Program-made: the position numbers and the translations under genes
From: a bacterium
Lineage (GTDB): Bacteria > Muiribacteriota > UBA6191
DNA: 30,278 bases
Assembly (NCBI GenBank): GCA_036339875.1
Contig: JAYZAC010000145.1
Span: 1-30,278 of the forward strand
Direction of reading: 5' to 3'
Notes under the pieces: model-generated
Databases searched by the model: none
What the model saw: only the letters and a program-made list of their open reading frames with translations
Told to the model about the DNA's origin: nothing
Shown here: positions 17,945 to 26,710 of the stretch, one piece after another
Position numbering within the stretch: position 1 is the first letter of the stretch
Layout of the letters: every line of letters starts with the position of its first letter

Positions 17945-18979
17945 ATGAGTGAGTTTGATCTTCAGCGAGTATTAGCTGGTGTAGTTTCTAAATTTGGTAT
18001 TAAAAACTTGGGAGAGCTGGATTTCTCAAGACTTGCTGAGGTATTGCCACCTGATCTGGAAGTGGAGCAGGTAGAGCAGGTACTAGATGCTTTATTCGAT
18101 TTGACAAATATTGATGAAGCGGTTTTTGAATCTGCGTTAGCTGAAGAAAAAACTGATGGTTGTAGGTACGATGAAGTCACTAATTCACTAGCTGGATATA
18201 TTTTACAACTTAAGAATATAAATCCTTTGGACAATTTCGAAGAGCAAGATTTGATAGATTTGGCTGAACAGGGTAGTCAGGATGCTCGTAACAGATTAAT
18301 CGAGTCTTACTTACCAATGGTATTGAATATTGCTCGAGAAAAAGGTCGGAAGCGCGAGGAGATATTAGAATTTATTCAGGAGGGTAACATTGCCTTGATT
18401 CAGGCAGTGGAATCTTACAGTATGGATGGTAGTTCAAGTCTTAGAGATTATTCGAGGTGGAGGGTTCGCAAGGCAATCGTCAAATCACAGCGACAACAGG
18501 AGCAACTCATAAAGTTACCGAAAACTATCACTCTTTTTTTCCAAAAATTCAAAGAAACCTGCGATGAGCTTTACAGGAGAAGTAATCGTGCTCCTGAACT
18601 TGAAGAAATCGCTACCAGAATGCACATGGATATTGAACTAGTACGTAAAAATTTGACCTTGGGCTCGACTCTAATGTCTGAGGGCGATAATCTTACATCC
18701 GAAGATGCAGCATTCATGCGCTATCTAAAAGATTTTCAAACTCTAGATGATTTCGCGGTTCAGAATTTTCACCTTTTGAGAAATAATATTAAGAAAAATA
18801 TTGATTTACTAAGTCCTGTGGAAAAAGAGATTCTTACTTTATTTTACGATTTGGATGAAAATGGAAATAGGCTGGATGTATTTGAAATAGCTGATGAATT
18901 GGGATTAAAGACAAAGCATGTGGAGGATCTCAAGACAGCGGCAATAACCAAAGTTCATCAAGGTTCAATTGAGGGATAG
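17945..18979 (+). CDS. Divergent RpoD/RpoS-like sigma70-family protein
   Basis: r1.2-like SLAGYILQL..PL..EEQDL, r2 ARNRLIESYLPMVLNIA...FIQEGNIALIQAVE, r3 NRAPELEEIA, r4 LSPVEKEILTLFY...EIADELG; 3 bp after the kinase stop. Confidence 0.85.
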   Translation: MSEFDLQRVLAGVVSKFGIKNLGELDFSRLAEVLPPDLEVEQVEQVLDALFDLTNIDEAVFESALAEEKTDGCRYDEVTNSLAGYILQLKNINPLDNFEEQDLIDLAEQGSQDARNRLIESYLPMVLNIAREKGRKREEILEFIQEGNIALIQAVESYSMDGSSSLRDYSRWRVRKAIVKSQRQQEQLIKLPKTITLFFQKFKETCDELYRRSNRAPELEEIATRMHMDIELVRKNLTLGSTLMSEGDNLTSEDAAFMRYLKDFQTLDDFAVQNFHLLRNNIKKNIDLLSPVEKEILTLFYDLDENGNRLDVFEIADELGLKTKHVEDLKTAAITKVHQGSIEG

Positions 18980-18984
18980 TTTTT

Positions 18985-19887
18985 ATGATAGAAAGAATTC
19001 ATGTACAAATACTGTTAGTAGGAACCTTAGTTTTTAGCATATTTTTATCAGATAATTTTGCAGCTAGAGTTCAATTTTTTAAGGGTAAAGTTTTATGGGG
19101 AGATGTGATGACCAAAGATGGTCTCATTAGTGTGAACAGTGAAAATGGATTGTTTCAATATAAATTTTCTACGGTTAAGACAATAAAGGCAGGACGACGA
19201 GAACATATTGTCGTTGGGTCATTTGTGGAGCTGAAAAAAGAGCCTAGTCACACTAGTGATGTACATTTTAGACTATATGAAGGTACTACATTACGCAAGG
19301 CGGGTGCACAGAGGGGTGACTTTCACAAGGTTCGAGTTTTTGACACGATAGGTTGGGTCGCGGATAAGTCTGTTGGACGTATTCTGGAGCAAACAGCGGG
19401 GATATTTCCCCTAGTAGAACTTACTACCAAAAAAGGTTTGATTGGTATCGAGCTATTTGAGGATGAATGTCCTAACACAGTTGCTAATTTTGTGAATCTA
19501 GCGGATAAGCAGTTTTACAATGGTCTTGAGTTTCATCGAGTGGATGAAAACTTTCTTGTAATGGGTGGTGACCCCGAGGGTACCGGAGAGGGTGGTCCGG
19601 GTTACTACGTTAGATCCGAGTTTAGCCCAAACTTAAAAAATCTCAAAGGTGTAATTGGGATGGCGGACTCTGGAATCAATACTGCTGGTAGTCAATTTTA
19701 TTTTTTATTGTCTGATGCACCACATCTAGATGGTCGCTACACTGTTTTTGGTAGAGTATACAAAGGTATGGAAGTCATTGAAAAATTATCAATAGGTGAT
19801 GAAATCGTAGACTTAAAGGTTGTAAAGAGACGAGACAAAGATTACAAGCCAGAAATTATTCCGATTAATTCCTCTGCTAGTAAATGA
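18985..19887 (+). CDS. Exported cyclophilin-type peptidyl-prolyl isomerase with N-terminal signal/anchor and SH3b-like domain
   Basis: PNTVANFVNL..FYNGLEFHRV..F..GGDP.GTG.GGPGY, GSQFY, HLDGRYTVFG. Hydrophobic N-terminus. LKKEPS...GDFHKV...GWV pattern resembles bacterial SH3. Confidence 0.88.
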   Translation: MIERIHVQILLVGTLVFSIFLSDNFAARVQFFKGKVLWGDVMTKDGLISVNSENGLFQYKFSTVKTIKAGRREHIVVGSFVELKKEPSHTSDVHFRLYEGTTLRKAGAQRGDFHKVRVFDTIGWVADKSVGRILEQTAGIFPLVELTTKKGLIGIELFEDECPNTVANFVNLADKQFYNGLEFHRVDENFLVMGGDPEGTGEGGPGYYVRSEFSPNLKNLKGVIGMADSGINTAGSQFYFLLSDAPHLDGRYTVFGRVYKGMEVIEKLSIGDEIVDLKVVKRRDKDYKPEIIPINSSASK

Positions 19888-19911
19888 AATAGGTTGTTCG
19901 GGTAAATTTCT

Positions 19912-21936
19912 GTGCCAAACTTTAGAGTTCATTCGGAGTTCAAACCTAAAGGGGATCAACCTACGGCAATAGAATCTATTTGTCAGGGAATGTTGGCCAA
20001 TAATCAACATCAGATATTAAAGGGTGTTACTGGTTCCGGTAAAACATACGTGATGGCTAAAGTCATCGAGGAATTACAGCGACCAACGTTGATAATAACT
20101 CACAATAAAACTCTAGTAGGTCAATTGTACCAAGAGTTTCGCAATTTTTTTCCAGACAATGCTGTGGAGTACTTCGTATCATACTATGACTATTATCAGC
20201 CCGAAGCTTACGTGCCTAGTCGAGATATTTTTATAGAAAAAGATTCAAGGATCAATGATGAGATCGATTACTTGAGACATAGAGCAACGGCTTCACTTTT
20301 CGAAAGAGAAGACATTATAATTGTTGCTTCAGTATCTAGTATTTATGGTCTAGGTTCTCCAGAAAATTACGATGATCAAAAGTTGCGCTTAGCAATTGGT
20401 GAGGAAATAGAGCGCGATGAAGTCCTTCGCAATCTTGTTAAAGTTCAGTACGAGCGCTCAGAATATTTAGGGAGAGGTAATTTTAGAGCACGCGGTGATG
20501 TGGTCGAAATTTTCCCAAAATCTTCGGAAACAGCAATTAGAATTGAGTTTTTTGGTGATGAGGTAGAAAGAATTGCCGAATATGATCCACTCACAGGGGT
20601 GGTCTTCCGAGAATTGGATGTAGTCAATATTTATCCTGCACAACACTACGTTACACCCACTCACCATCGTGACCAAGCGCTAACTAAAATCCGTGAGGAA
20701 ATGGATGTAATGGAGCAGCATTTTTTAAAGCAGGAAAAGTTCATTGAGGCGCAGAGGATTCGTGAGCGTACTAGTTTTGATCTTGAAATGATTCAAGAAA
20801 TTGGTTTTTGTAAAGGTATTGAAAATTATTCTAGACATCTAGAAGGGCGGGCAGAGGGTAGCCCTCCAGCTACTCTACTACATTATCTACCTCATAATGG
20901 GATGGTATTTTTAGACGAAAGTCATGTGACAATTCCACAATTAAAAGGAATGTACAATGGTGACCAAGCTCGAAAAAGTAATCTTGTTCAGTTTGGATTT
21001 CGTTTGCCTTCTGCACTGGATAACCGCCCCTTAAAGTACGAAGAATTTAGAAAGTTTGCACCACAAACCCTATACGTGTCTGCCACACCTGGTCCGGTTG
21101 AATTAGAGGATGCTCGCGATCGTTCAGTTCCTTTGATTGTTCGACCAACTGGATTATTGGACCCACTGATAGAAGTAAGACCGTTGAAGTTTCAAGTTGA
21201 TGACATAATGGAAGAATGTCGAAAACGTGCCCTAAAGGATCAGCGGGTCTTTATAACCACATTGACAAAAAAGATGGCAGAAGATCTCACCGAATATTTG
21301 GATGAAAATGGAATCCGTTGTAAATATTTACATTCAGAGATTGAAACTATTGAACGACTAGAGCTTATTCGTCAGTTAAGGTTAGGTGTATTCGATGTAC
21401 TTATAGGAATAAACTTACTAAGAGAGGGTTTGGATGTTCCTGAAGTCTCTCTAGTTTGTGTGATGGACGCTGATAAAGAAGGTTTTCTGAGGTCGGCATC
21501 TTCTCTAATACAGATAAGTGGCAGAGCAGCTAGAAATGTTAATGGCCGAGTTATAATGTATGCTGATGTTCTAACTGATAGTATAAAAGCTGCAATTCGA
21601 GAAGCAGATAATCGGCGTGAAATTCAGCAAGCTTATAATGAACAGCACGGTATCATTCCACAATCCATAATCAAAAGTGTAGCAGATTCTATTCAAGAGG
21701 AAATTCCCCAAAATGATGAGCCTCGCCAGGAGAAATTGAACCAAGAAATCAGTGAATTCTTAAATTCTAAACCTGATACAGCTCAAATTAATCAAAAGGT
21801 AGTACAACTTAATACAATGATGCAGCGGGCAGCGGAATCCTTAGATTTTGAACGAGCTGCTGAATTAAGAGATCAGATCTTTAGGTTACAAGGTGATTCG
21901 AATCGTAAACAAGTGAAAAAGCAGCGTAGTTTCTGA
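19912..21936 (+). CDS. uvrB: Excinuclease ABC subunit B
   Basis: PKGDQPTAI, GVTGSGKT, YFVSYYDYYQPEAY, DESH, GFRLPSALDNRPL, GRAARN, C-terminal UVR motif LDFERAAELRD; GTG start. Confidence 0.98.
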   Translation: MPNFRVHSEFKPKGDQPTAIESICQGMLANNQHQILKGVTGSGKTYVMAKVIEELQRPTLIITHNKTLVGQLYQEFRNFFPDNAVEYFVSYYDYYQPEAYVPSRDIFIEKDSRINDEIDYLRHRATASLFEREDIIIVASVSSIYGLGSPENYDDQKLRLAIGEEIERDEVLRNLVKVQYERSEYLGRGNFRARGDVVEIFPKSSETAIRIEFFGDEVERIAEYDPLTGVVFRELDVVNIYPAQHYVTPTHHRDQALTKIREEMDVMEQHFLKQEKFIEAQRIRERTSFDLEMIQEIGFCKGIENYSRHLEGRAEGSPPATLLHYLPHNGMVFLDESHVTIPQLKGMYNGDQARKSNLVQFGFRLPSALDNRPLKYEEFRKFAPQTLYVSATPGPVELEDARDRSVPLIVRPTGLLDPLIEVRPLKFQVDDIMEECRKRALKDQRVFITTLTKKMAEDLTEYLDENGIRCKYLHSEIETIERLELIRQLRLGVFDVLIGINLLREGLDVPEVSLVCVMDADKEGFLRSASSLIQISGRAARNVNGRVIMYADVLTDSIKAAIREADNRREIQQAYNEQHGIIPQSIIKSVADSIQEEIPQNDEPRQEKLNQEISEFLNSKPDTAQINQKVVQLNTMMQRAAESLDFERAAELRDQIFRLQGDSNRKQVKKQRSF

Positions 21937-21966
21937 CATTATCCATGGTTTACTAATAAATTAAAT

Positions 21967-23811
21967 ATGATTAGTTTAGACACTAACTTAAAGGCAATTT
22001 TGATGAATCTTCCTGAGCTTTCTGGAGTTTATCAATTTTACGATGATTCCAATGAGATTATATACATAGGTAAATCAAGGAATTTGAAAAAACGAGTCGG
22101 CTCTTATTTTCAAAAAACACCTGATTCTCCTAGGATAGCGCTTTTGGTTAAAAACGTATTTGATATTCAGTTTACGGTAACAAATTCGGAAACAGAAGCA
22201 CTGATGCTCGAGATTAATTTGATAAAGAGGCATAGTCCTAGATTCAATGTTTTATTCAAAGATGGTAAGTCTTACCCCTATATAAAATTGCATTCTCAAT
22301 TGCCCTTTGCGTATGTAGAGAAAGTTCGTGAGGTAAATAATGATGGTGCCACTTATTTTGGCCCCTTTGTACAGGAGGGTAAAGTAAATCGAATTATGAG
22401 ATTTATTGATCGCCATTACAAGTTAGTTAAGTGCCAGAAAGATGTGTCTGATCGCAAGGGAAAAGCATGTTTAGATTATCAGATCGGACGATGTGACGGC
22501 CCTTGTTTCCAAGAAATAAATGAACATTTGTATGATGATGAAGTGCTTGAGGTTAAAAATTTACTAAATGGTAGATACCTTGATTTAAAGCGTAGATTGA
22601 CGGATAAGATGATGGAATGCTCGCAACAGCTTGCTTTTGAAAATGCTGGCAAAATAAGAGATCAGATCAGAGCAATCACAATATTAGAACAGGAACAAGA
22701 TGCAATTAGTTCAGATGATCATAGTTATGATGTTATCGCTATCGATCAATTGGACTCGAATGTTCTTATTCAACACTTGATCATTCGTACTGGCAAAATA
22801 GTTGAACAATTTAAGGTCCGCTACGAGATTCAGTATGAAGATCAAAATCTGCATGAAATTTTATTTGAATATATTAAAATACACTATACTCAAGTTAAGG
22901 ATTCTCCAAATCAGATCAATTTAGATAGGAGTTTATCTCAAGAACTAGATTTGGAAAACTTTCTTAATCAATTCAAGGAACTCCACGGTCATAAATTAGA
23001 TATTCATATGCCTCAACGAGGACGTAAGAAACGATTACTTGACTTGGCAATTAAAAATGTAAGCGAAAGTCTGAAAGCAGATTTACAAAAAAAGGATAGA
23101 ATAGGAACCCTCCTATCAAAGACTTACGAATTATTAAAGCTTCCAAAAGTGCCTTATCGTATTGAATGTTTCGATATTTCCAACATTCAAGGCAGTGAGC
23201 CAGTGGCATCCATGGTTGTGGCCGTAAATGGAAAAATGGAAAAGAAGTTATATCGCCAGTACAAAATACGCGGGAAAAGCACTCCTGATGACTTTGCTAT
23301 GATGAAAGAAGCAGTATCTAGAAGATATACTCGTTTGATACAAGAAGATAGCCCTTTTCCGGATTTGATTTTAATCGATGGAGGCCTGGGTCAATTAAAT
23401 TCTGCCGCCCAAGTATTAAAAGAACTTGGAGTTAATATTCCGCTAGCATCTCTTGCCAAAAAGGAAGAGTTAATATTTGTATATGGCAGTGATATTAATA
23501 AAGGTGTTCAACTAGGCGCAGATAATGCCGTCAGACTTTTTTTTCAAACTATAAGAGATGAAGCACATAGATTTGCTATCACTTATCATAGGAAATTAAG
23601 AAAAAAACGTACATTACATTCAATACTTGAGGATGTCCCCGGAATAGGGCCAACTAGAAGAAAAAAACTTCTGAGACAATTTAGATCTGCGAAAATGATC
23701 TTGGAAGCATCAATTGATGAAATTATATCGTTGGGTATTCCTGAAGAGTCAGCTCAAAATTTAATCATTCACTTAAAAGAACAAGTTTTGAGTGGAAAAT
23801 TAACACGCTGA
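21967..23811 (+). CDS. uvrC: Excinuclease ABC subunit C
   Basis: GIY-YIG (GVY...YIGKS), four-Cys motif C...CLDYQIGRCDGPC, RIECFDIS, DDFAMM, LIDGGLGQ, RDEAHRFA, HhH VPGIG. Confidence 0.97.
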   Translation: MISLDTNLKAILMNLPELSGVYQFYDDSNEIIYIGKSRNLKKRVGSYFQKTPDSPRIALLVKNVFDIQFTVTNSETEALMLEINLIKRHSPRFNVLFKDGKSYPYIKLHSQLPFAYVEKVREVNNDGATYFGPFVQEGKVNRIMRFIDRHYKLVKCQKDVSDRKGKACLDYQIGRCDGPCFQEINEHLYDDEVLEVKNLLNGRYLDLKRRLTDKMMECSQQLAFENAGKIRDQIRAITILEQEQDAISSDDHSYDVIAIDQLDSNVLIQHLIIRTGKIVEQFKVRYEIQYEDQNLHEILFEYIKIHYTQVKDSPNQINLDRSLSQELDLENFLNQFKELHGHKLDIHMPQRGRKKRLLDLAIKNVSESLKADLQKKDRIGTLLSKTYELLKLPKVPYRIECFDISNIQGSEPVASMVVAVNGKMEKKLYRQYKIRGKSTPDDFAMMKEAVSRRYTRLIQEDSPFPDLILIDGGLGQLNSAAQVLKELGVNIPLASLAKKEELIFVYGSDINKGVQLGADNAVRLFFQTIRDEAHRFAITYHRKLRKKRTLHSILEDVPGIGPTRRKKLLRQFRSAKMILEASIDEIISLGIPEESAQNLIIHLKEQVLSGKLTR

Positions 23812-23977
23812 TAGAAATAAAATCATTAAAGATACGAAATCCTAATCGGTTTGCACTTGTTTGAATTTGTGTTGCAAGACGTCAAAATCAATGAAATTCG
23901 TGTTTCAAAGTTCGCTGAAAACCTAGCTTGTAAATGATTGTATTCATTGGTTACTTAAAGTCCGGAAAGTCGCATAA

Positions 23978-23995
23978 ATAGTGGATTTTCACTAT
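23978..23995. promoter_or_regulatory. Dyad ATAGTG-N6-CACTAT upstream of the MerR-type gene, candidate operator
   Basis: Perfect 6-bp arms overlapping a TATATT hexamer at 23993-23998. Confidence 0.35.
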
Positions 23996-24074
23996 ATTTT
24001 GTACGATCAAAAAAACCGAAAAAAAAGACAGTTTGTATTAAGCACAACTGCTAGTGGGCCGAAAAGAACAGGGA

Positions 24075-24143
24075 AGTCAATCAAAGTAGAATCGCAGTCA
24101 ATAAACGAAGCATTAACAAACTACACAACGAAGCCTAAACAAA
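24075..24143 (+). repeat. Two pairs of short direct repeats in the A-rich region upstream of the MerR-type gene
   Basis: AGTCAAT at 24075 and 24096 (period 21). AACGAAGCATTAACAAA at 24104 and AACGAAGCCTAAACAAA at 24127 (15/17 identical, period 23). Confidence 0.55.
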
Positions 24144-24173
24144 AAACGGATTGCAGAACAAAAGGGAAGATCG

Positions 24174-24617
24174 ATGAAAAGTTTTTTCACACCCAAAGAG
24201 GTAGCAAGAATCATTGACATCTCTTATCGCCAGATTCAGTACTGGGATAAGACAAATTTTATCAAGCCGTCGTACCGTCGAAAGTCAAAGTACCGCTTGT
24301 ACACATTTACCGACCTGTTTCAATTGAAAATTTCCAAGGTCTTGAGACGACAGGGATTTTCAATACAGAAACTTCGTAAGACCATAGAGGTATTACGCAA
24401 GCTTCTGCCGCAGGTCTCACACCCATTAATAGAACTAACGTTTCTAATTGATCAGGATAGAATCCTAGTTTTCAATGGAGATGTAGTCATGGACGAGGAA
24501 GCTGAGAAGAATTATATCAAGTTTCGCGTACAGGATCTTCGAAATGAAGTGGATAGTATGTTCCCACCAGTGGGCTCCTCCTCAGAATTCTCCAGCCAAT
24601 TAAGTAGCGTTGGATAA
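24174..24617 (+). CDS. MerR-family HTH transcriptional regulator
   Basis: FTPKEVARIIDISYRQIQYWDKTNFIKPS...YRLYTFTDL...LRRQGFSIQKLR is a MerR wHTH signature. AGGGAAG RBS. No cysteines. Confidence 0.9.
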   Translation: MKSFFTPKEVARIIDISYRQIQYWDKTNFIKPSYRRKSKYRLYTFTDLFQLKISKVLRRQGFSIQKLRKTIEVLRKLLPQVSHPLIELTFLIDQDRILVFNGDVVMDEEAEKNYIKFRVQDLRNEVDSMFPPVGSSSEFSSQLSSVG

Positions 24618-24659
24618 AAAAAATAACGATTTTGAACTTATTCGCATCCTATTAATAAA

Positions 24660-24696
24660 GGGGCTGGGAGCATTACCTTCCGGCCCCACTTTCTTT
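24660..24696 (+). terminator. Intrinsic terminator after the MerR-type gene
   Basis: GGGGCTGGGAG-cattac-CTTCCGGCCCC forms an 11-bp stem (two G:U) followed by ACTTTCTTT. Confidence 0.75.
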
Positions 24697-24707
24697 GAGG
24701 AGGGAAT

Positions 24708-26138
24708 ATGCGGTTCTGGATTATTATTGGAATCTTTTTTCTAGATATAATTTTAAGTGCCCGGGTGCCATCAAACAATCACAAGGGCGATGGAATTGTT
24801 TACAGGGAAGTTTTAGATGATAACTCTTATTTGAAGACATTAAGGGAAGAAAATGTATCTTTTCTATTTCACGAAGCTGGTGAAATAAGTGTTGGTAAAA
24901 ACGGAGAACTAAAAATAGCATTGAAAAAATTTGAGACAGAAGAGGATTATTGGACGAAACTATATTCCTTTTCTAACTATATGACTATTAAAGTCTGCCC
25001 GAGCTTACTACGACATATTTCAGAGCTAAAACTAGAGAAAATTACGGAAGAACTGATTCGACAATTAGAAGAGTACAATCGTAAATTTGATGGTGTCATA
25101 CTAAACCTAGAAGCCAATAAATCAAACTTAAGCATCAATTTGAAGAGCTTTATAAATAAAATTCATGCAAAAAATTTCCGGGTAGGAATTCAAATGAATT
25201 TAGCTGACCTTCGTCAAGATACATTCAAAGGTTGGATACCCCACTTCTGCGTATATAGTTTAACTCCACAAACACCCGGCTCAAAAGTTCGACTCAAACC
25301 TAAATTGAGATTAGCTGCAAAATTAGGACGTCCATTTTATCTTTCCATTAATTTTGGTGAGATGTTAATAGATGAATCTAATTTGGATTTATCTTATAAA
25401 AATATGAGTCAATATTTGAAAAACGATTCTGCAAGATTGATTGAAGAAAAAAATATAGCGGGAAACCTTTGGAGGAAGTATGTGGTCAAAGAAGATTTAA
25501 AGTTAAAAGCAGAGAAAAGTATTGTAGCCGGTGAAATAATTCATAGTGTTGAGCCATCTCTAAAGATGATTTCTAAGGTACAAACCATTGCCTCGAAAAT
25601 ACCATCCTTTTATTTTAGTGGAATAATATACAATCTCAAAAGAATTCATCCACGCTATTTACTTTCGAAATCCTTGAAGCAGGTTGAACCAAGACTAGAT
25701 TATAAGCTTGATAAAACTCATAAAGATTGGTTTCTCAGGCTAAGGATGAGTAATGACTCTTTACTCGGAAGTAGTCGAGGAAATAATGCAGCAGGTCTAG
25801 CCGTCAATACTCGAGGATTCAAACTGCAATCACTCGACTTAGGATCATTTGAAAATCTTGAGATTAATAAGCATCATAAAGAGACGCGGTATGTTTTTTC
25901 ACTTTCCGAGTTGAATGCATTAAATTCAAGTTCGGAGGTAACTTTACGATTTAAACCCACATCGGAAACAGCCTATGATGCTGAGATTTCAGCCACTGCC
26001 TGGATGAGGCCATTTGGCTCCTCAGATAATCATTATTATGGGGGAAGTATAGGGAGTATTAAGCCTATTGCAGCATTAGATACAATAGCAAAACCACTAT
26101 ACAAAACTACTGACTTAAAAAACCGTAAATCATTTTAG
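24708..26138 (+). CDS. Secreted hypothetical protein, possibly a degenerate GH18/DUF3142-like TIM barrel with a C-terminal beta domain
   Basis: Strong SD GAGGAGG; signal-like MRFWIIIGIFFLDIILSA. FDGVILNLE resembles the GH18 FDGxDxDxE strand without the aspartates. The family call is tentative. Confidence 0.55.
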   Translation: MRFWIIIGIFFLDIILSARVPSNNHKGDGIVYREVLDDNSYLKTLREENVSFLFHEAGEISVGKNGELKIALKKFETEEDYWTKLYSFSNYMTIKVCPSLLRHISELKLEKITEELIRQLEEYNRKFDGVILNLEANKSNLSINLKSFINKIHAKNFRVGIQMNLADLRQDTFKGWIPHFCVYSLTPQTPGSKVRLKPKLRLAAKLGRPFYLSINFGEMLIDESNLDLSYKNMSQYLKNDSARLIEEKNIAGNLWRKYVVKEDLKLKAEKSIVAGEIIHSVEPSLKMISKVQTIASKIPSFYFSGIIYNLKRIHPRYLLSKSLKQVEPRLDYKLDKTHKDWFLRLRMSNDSLLGSSRGNNAAGLAVNTRGFKLQSLDLGSFENLEINKHHKETRYVFSLSELNALNSSSEVTLRFKPTSETAYDAEISATAWMRPFGSSDNHYYGGSIGSIKPIAALDTIAKPLYKTTDLKNRKSF

Positions 26139-26146
26139 GTATTAAG

Positions 26147-26710
26147 ATGTTATTGACTTTTATTTTCTTAAGTCTTATCACAACAACGGTAGCAAATCAT
26201 GGGGTTCCATGGCATATAAAACTGGGATATCAAAACGTAGACAAGGGAGCTAGTCAAAATCAAGAGAGTCTAGAGGGAGTAATCTTTTCCTATGAAAACT
26301 TGTTTAATCGTAAGGTGCATAGTTATTTTTCGACTTTTACGGAAATATCTTACAGTAACACTGCTAAATCGATCACTGAGGATATAAGACTTTTGCATTG
26401 CGGGTTTGGTATAAAATGGAATTTTGGACCAACAGATTTTGATTATGACCCTGCATCAGACTATGAATTCGTGCTCAATCAAGGAAGTCTATATATAAAG
26501 GCTGGTTTGGGATACACCAGTCTGACGTTAGATACACTGGTTCAGAATTTGAGATCAATGACCAGCACAAACAAGGAATACAGCACACAATATGGTTTAG
26601 GTTACGAATTGTTAGGTAAAAGAACAGGTTTTTTTCTTGAATATATGAAATCGGATTCAGATATTTTTAATTCAGGAATGATGCGTGCGGGAGTCAACTG
26701 GAAATTCTAA
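26147..26710 (+). CDS. Small outer-membrane beta-barrel protein (OMP beta-barrel/Opa-like)
   Basis: Signal peptide, amphipathic strands (GFGIKWNF, LYIKAGLGY, QYGLGYEL, FFLEY) and C-terminal beta-signal RAGVNWKF. Confidence 0.75.
   Translation: MLLTFIFLSLITTTVANHGVPWHIKLGYQNVDKGASQNQESLEGVIFSYENLFNRKVHSYFSTFTEISYSNTAKSITEDIRLLHCGFGIKWNFGPTDFDYDPASDYEFVLNQGSLYIKAGLGYTSLTLDTLVQNLRSMTSTNKEYSTQYGLGYELLGKRTGFFLEYMKSDSDIFNSGMMRAGVNWKF

Noticed and set aside
19885..19911. LexA/SOS box ahead of uvrB
   Set aside because: GTTCG is present, but there is no GAAC-N4-GTTC or CTGT-N8-ACAG match.
7862..20676. Short minus-strand ORFs at 7862, 14417, 16079, 16684, 16948, 17962, 19813, 20445 and 20467
   Set aside because: Antisense to conserved genes with no independent coding evidence.
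24075..24143. Mini CRISPR array
   Set aside because: Repeats are 17 bp or shorter, only two copies each, with gaps far too short to be spacers, and there are no cas genes.
23981..24217. 78-aa Lys/Thr-rich ORF overlapping the MerR start
   Set aside because: GTG start without an RBS; the open frame is explained by T-poor, A-rich sequence that rarely forms stop codons.
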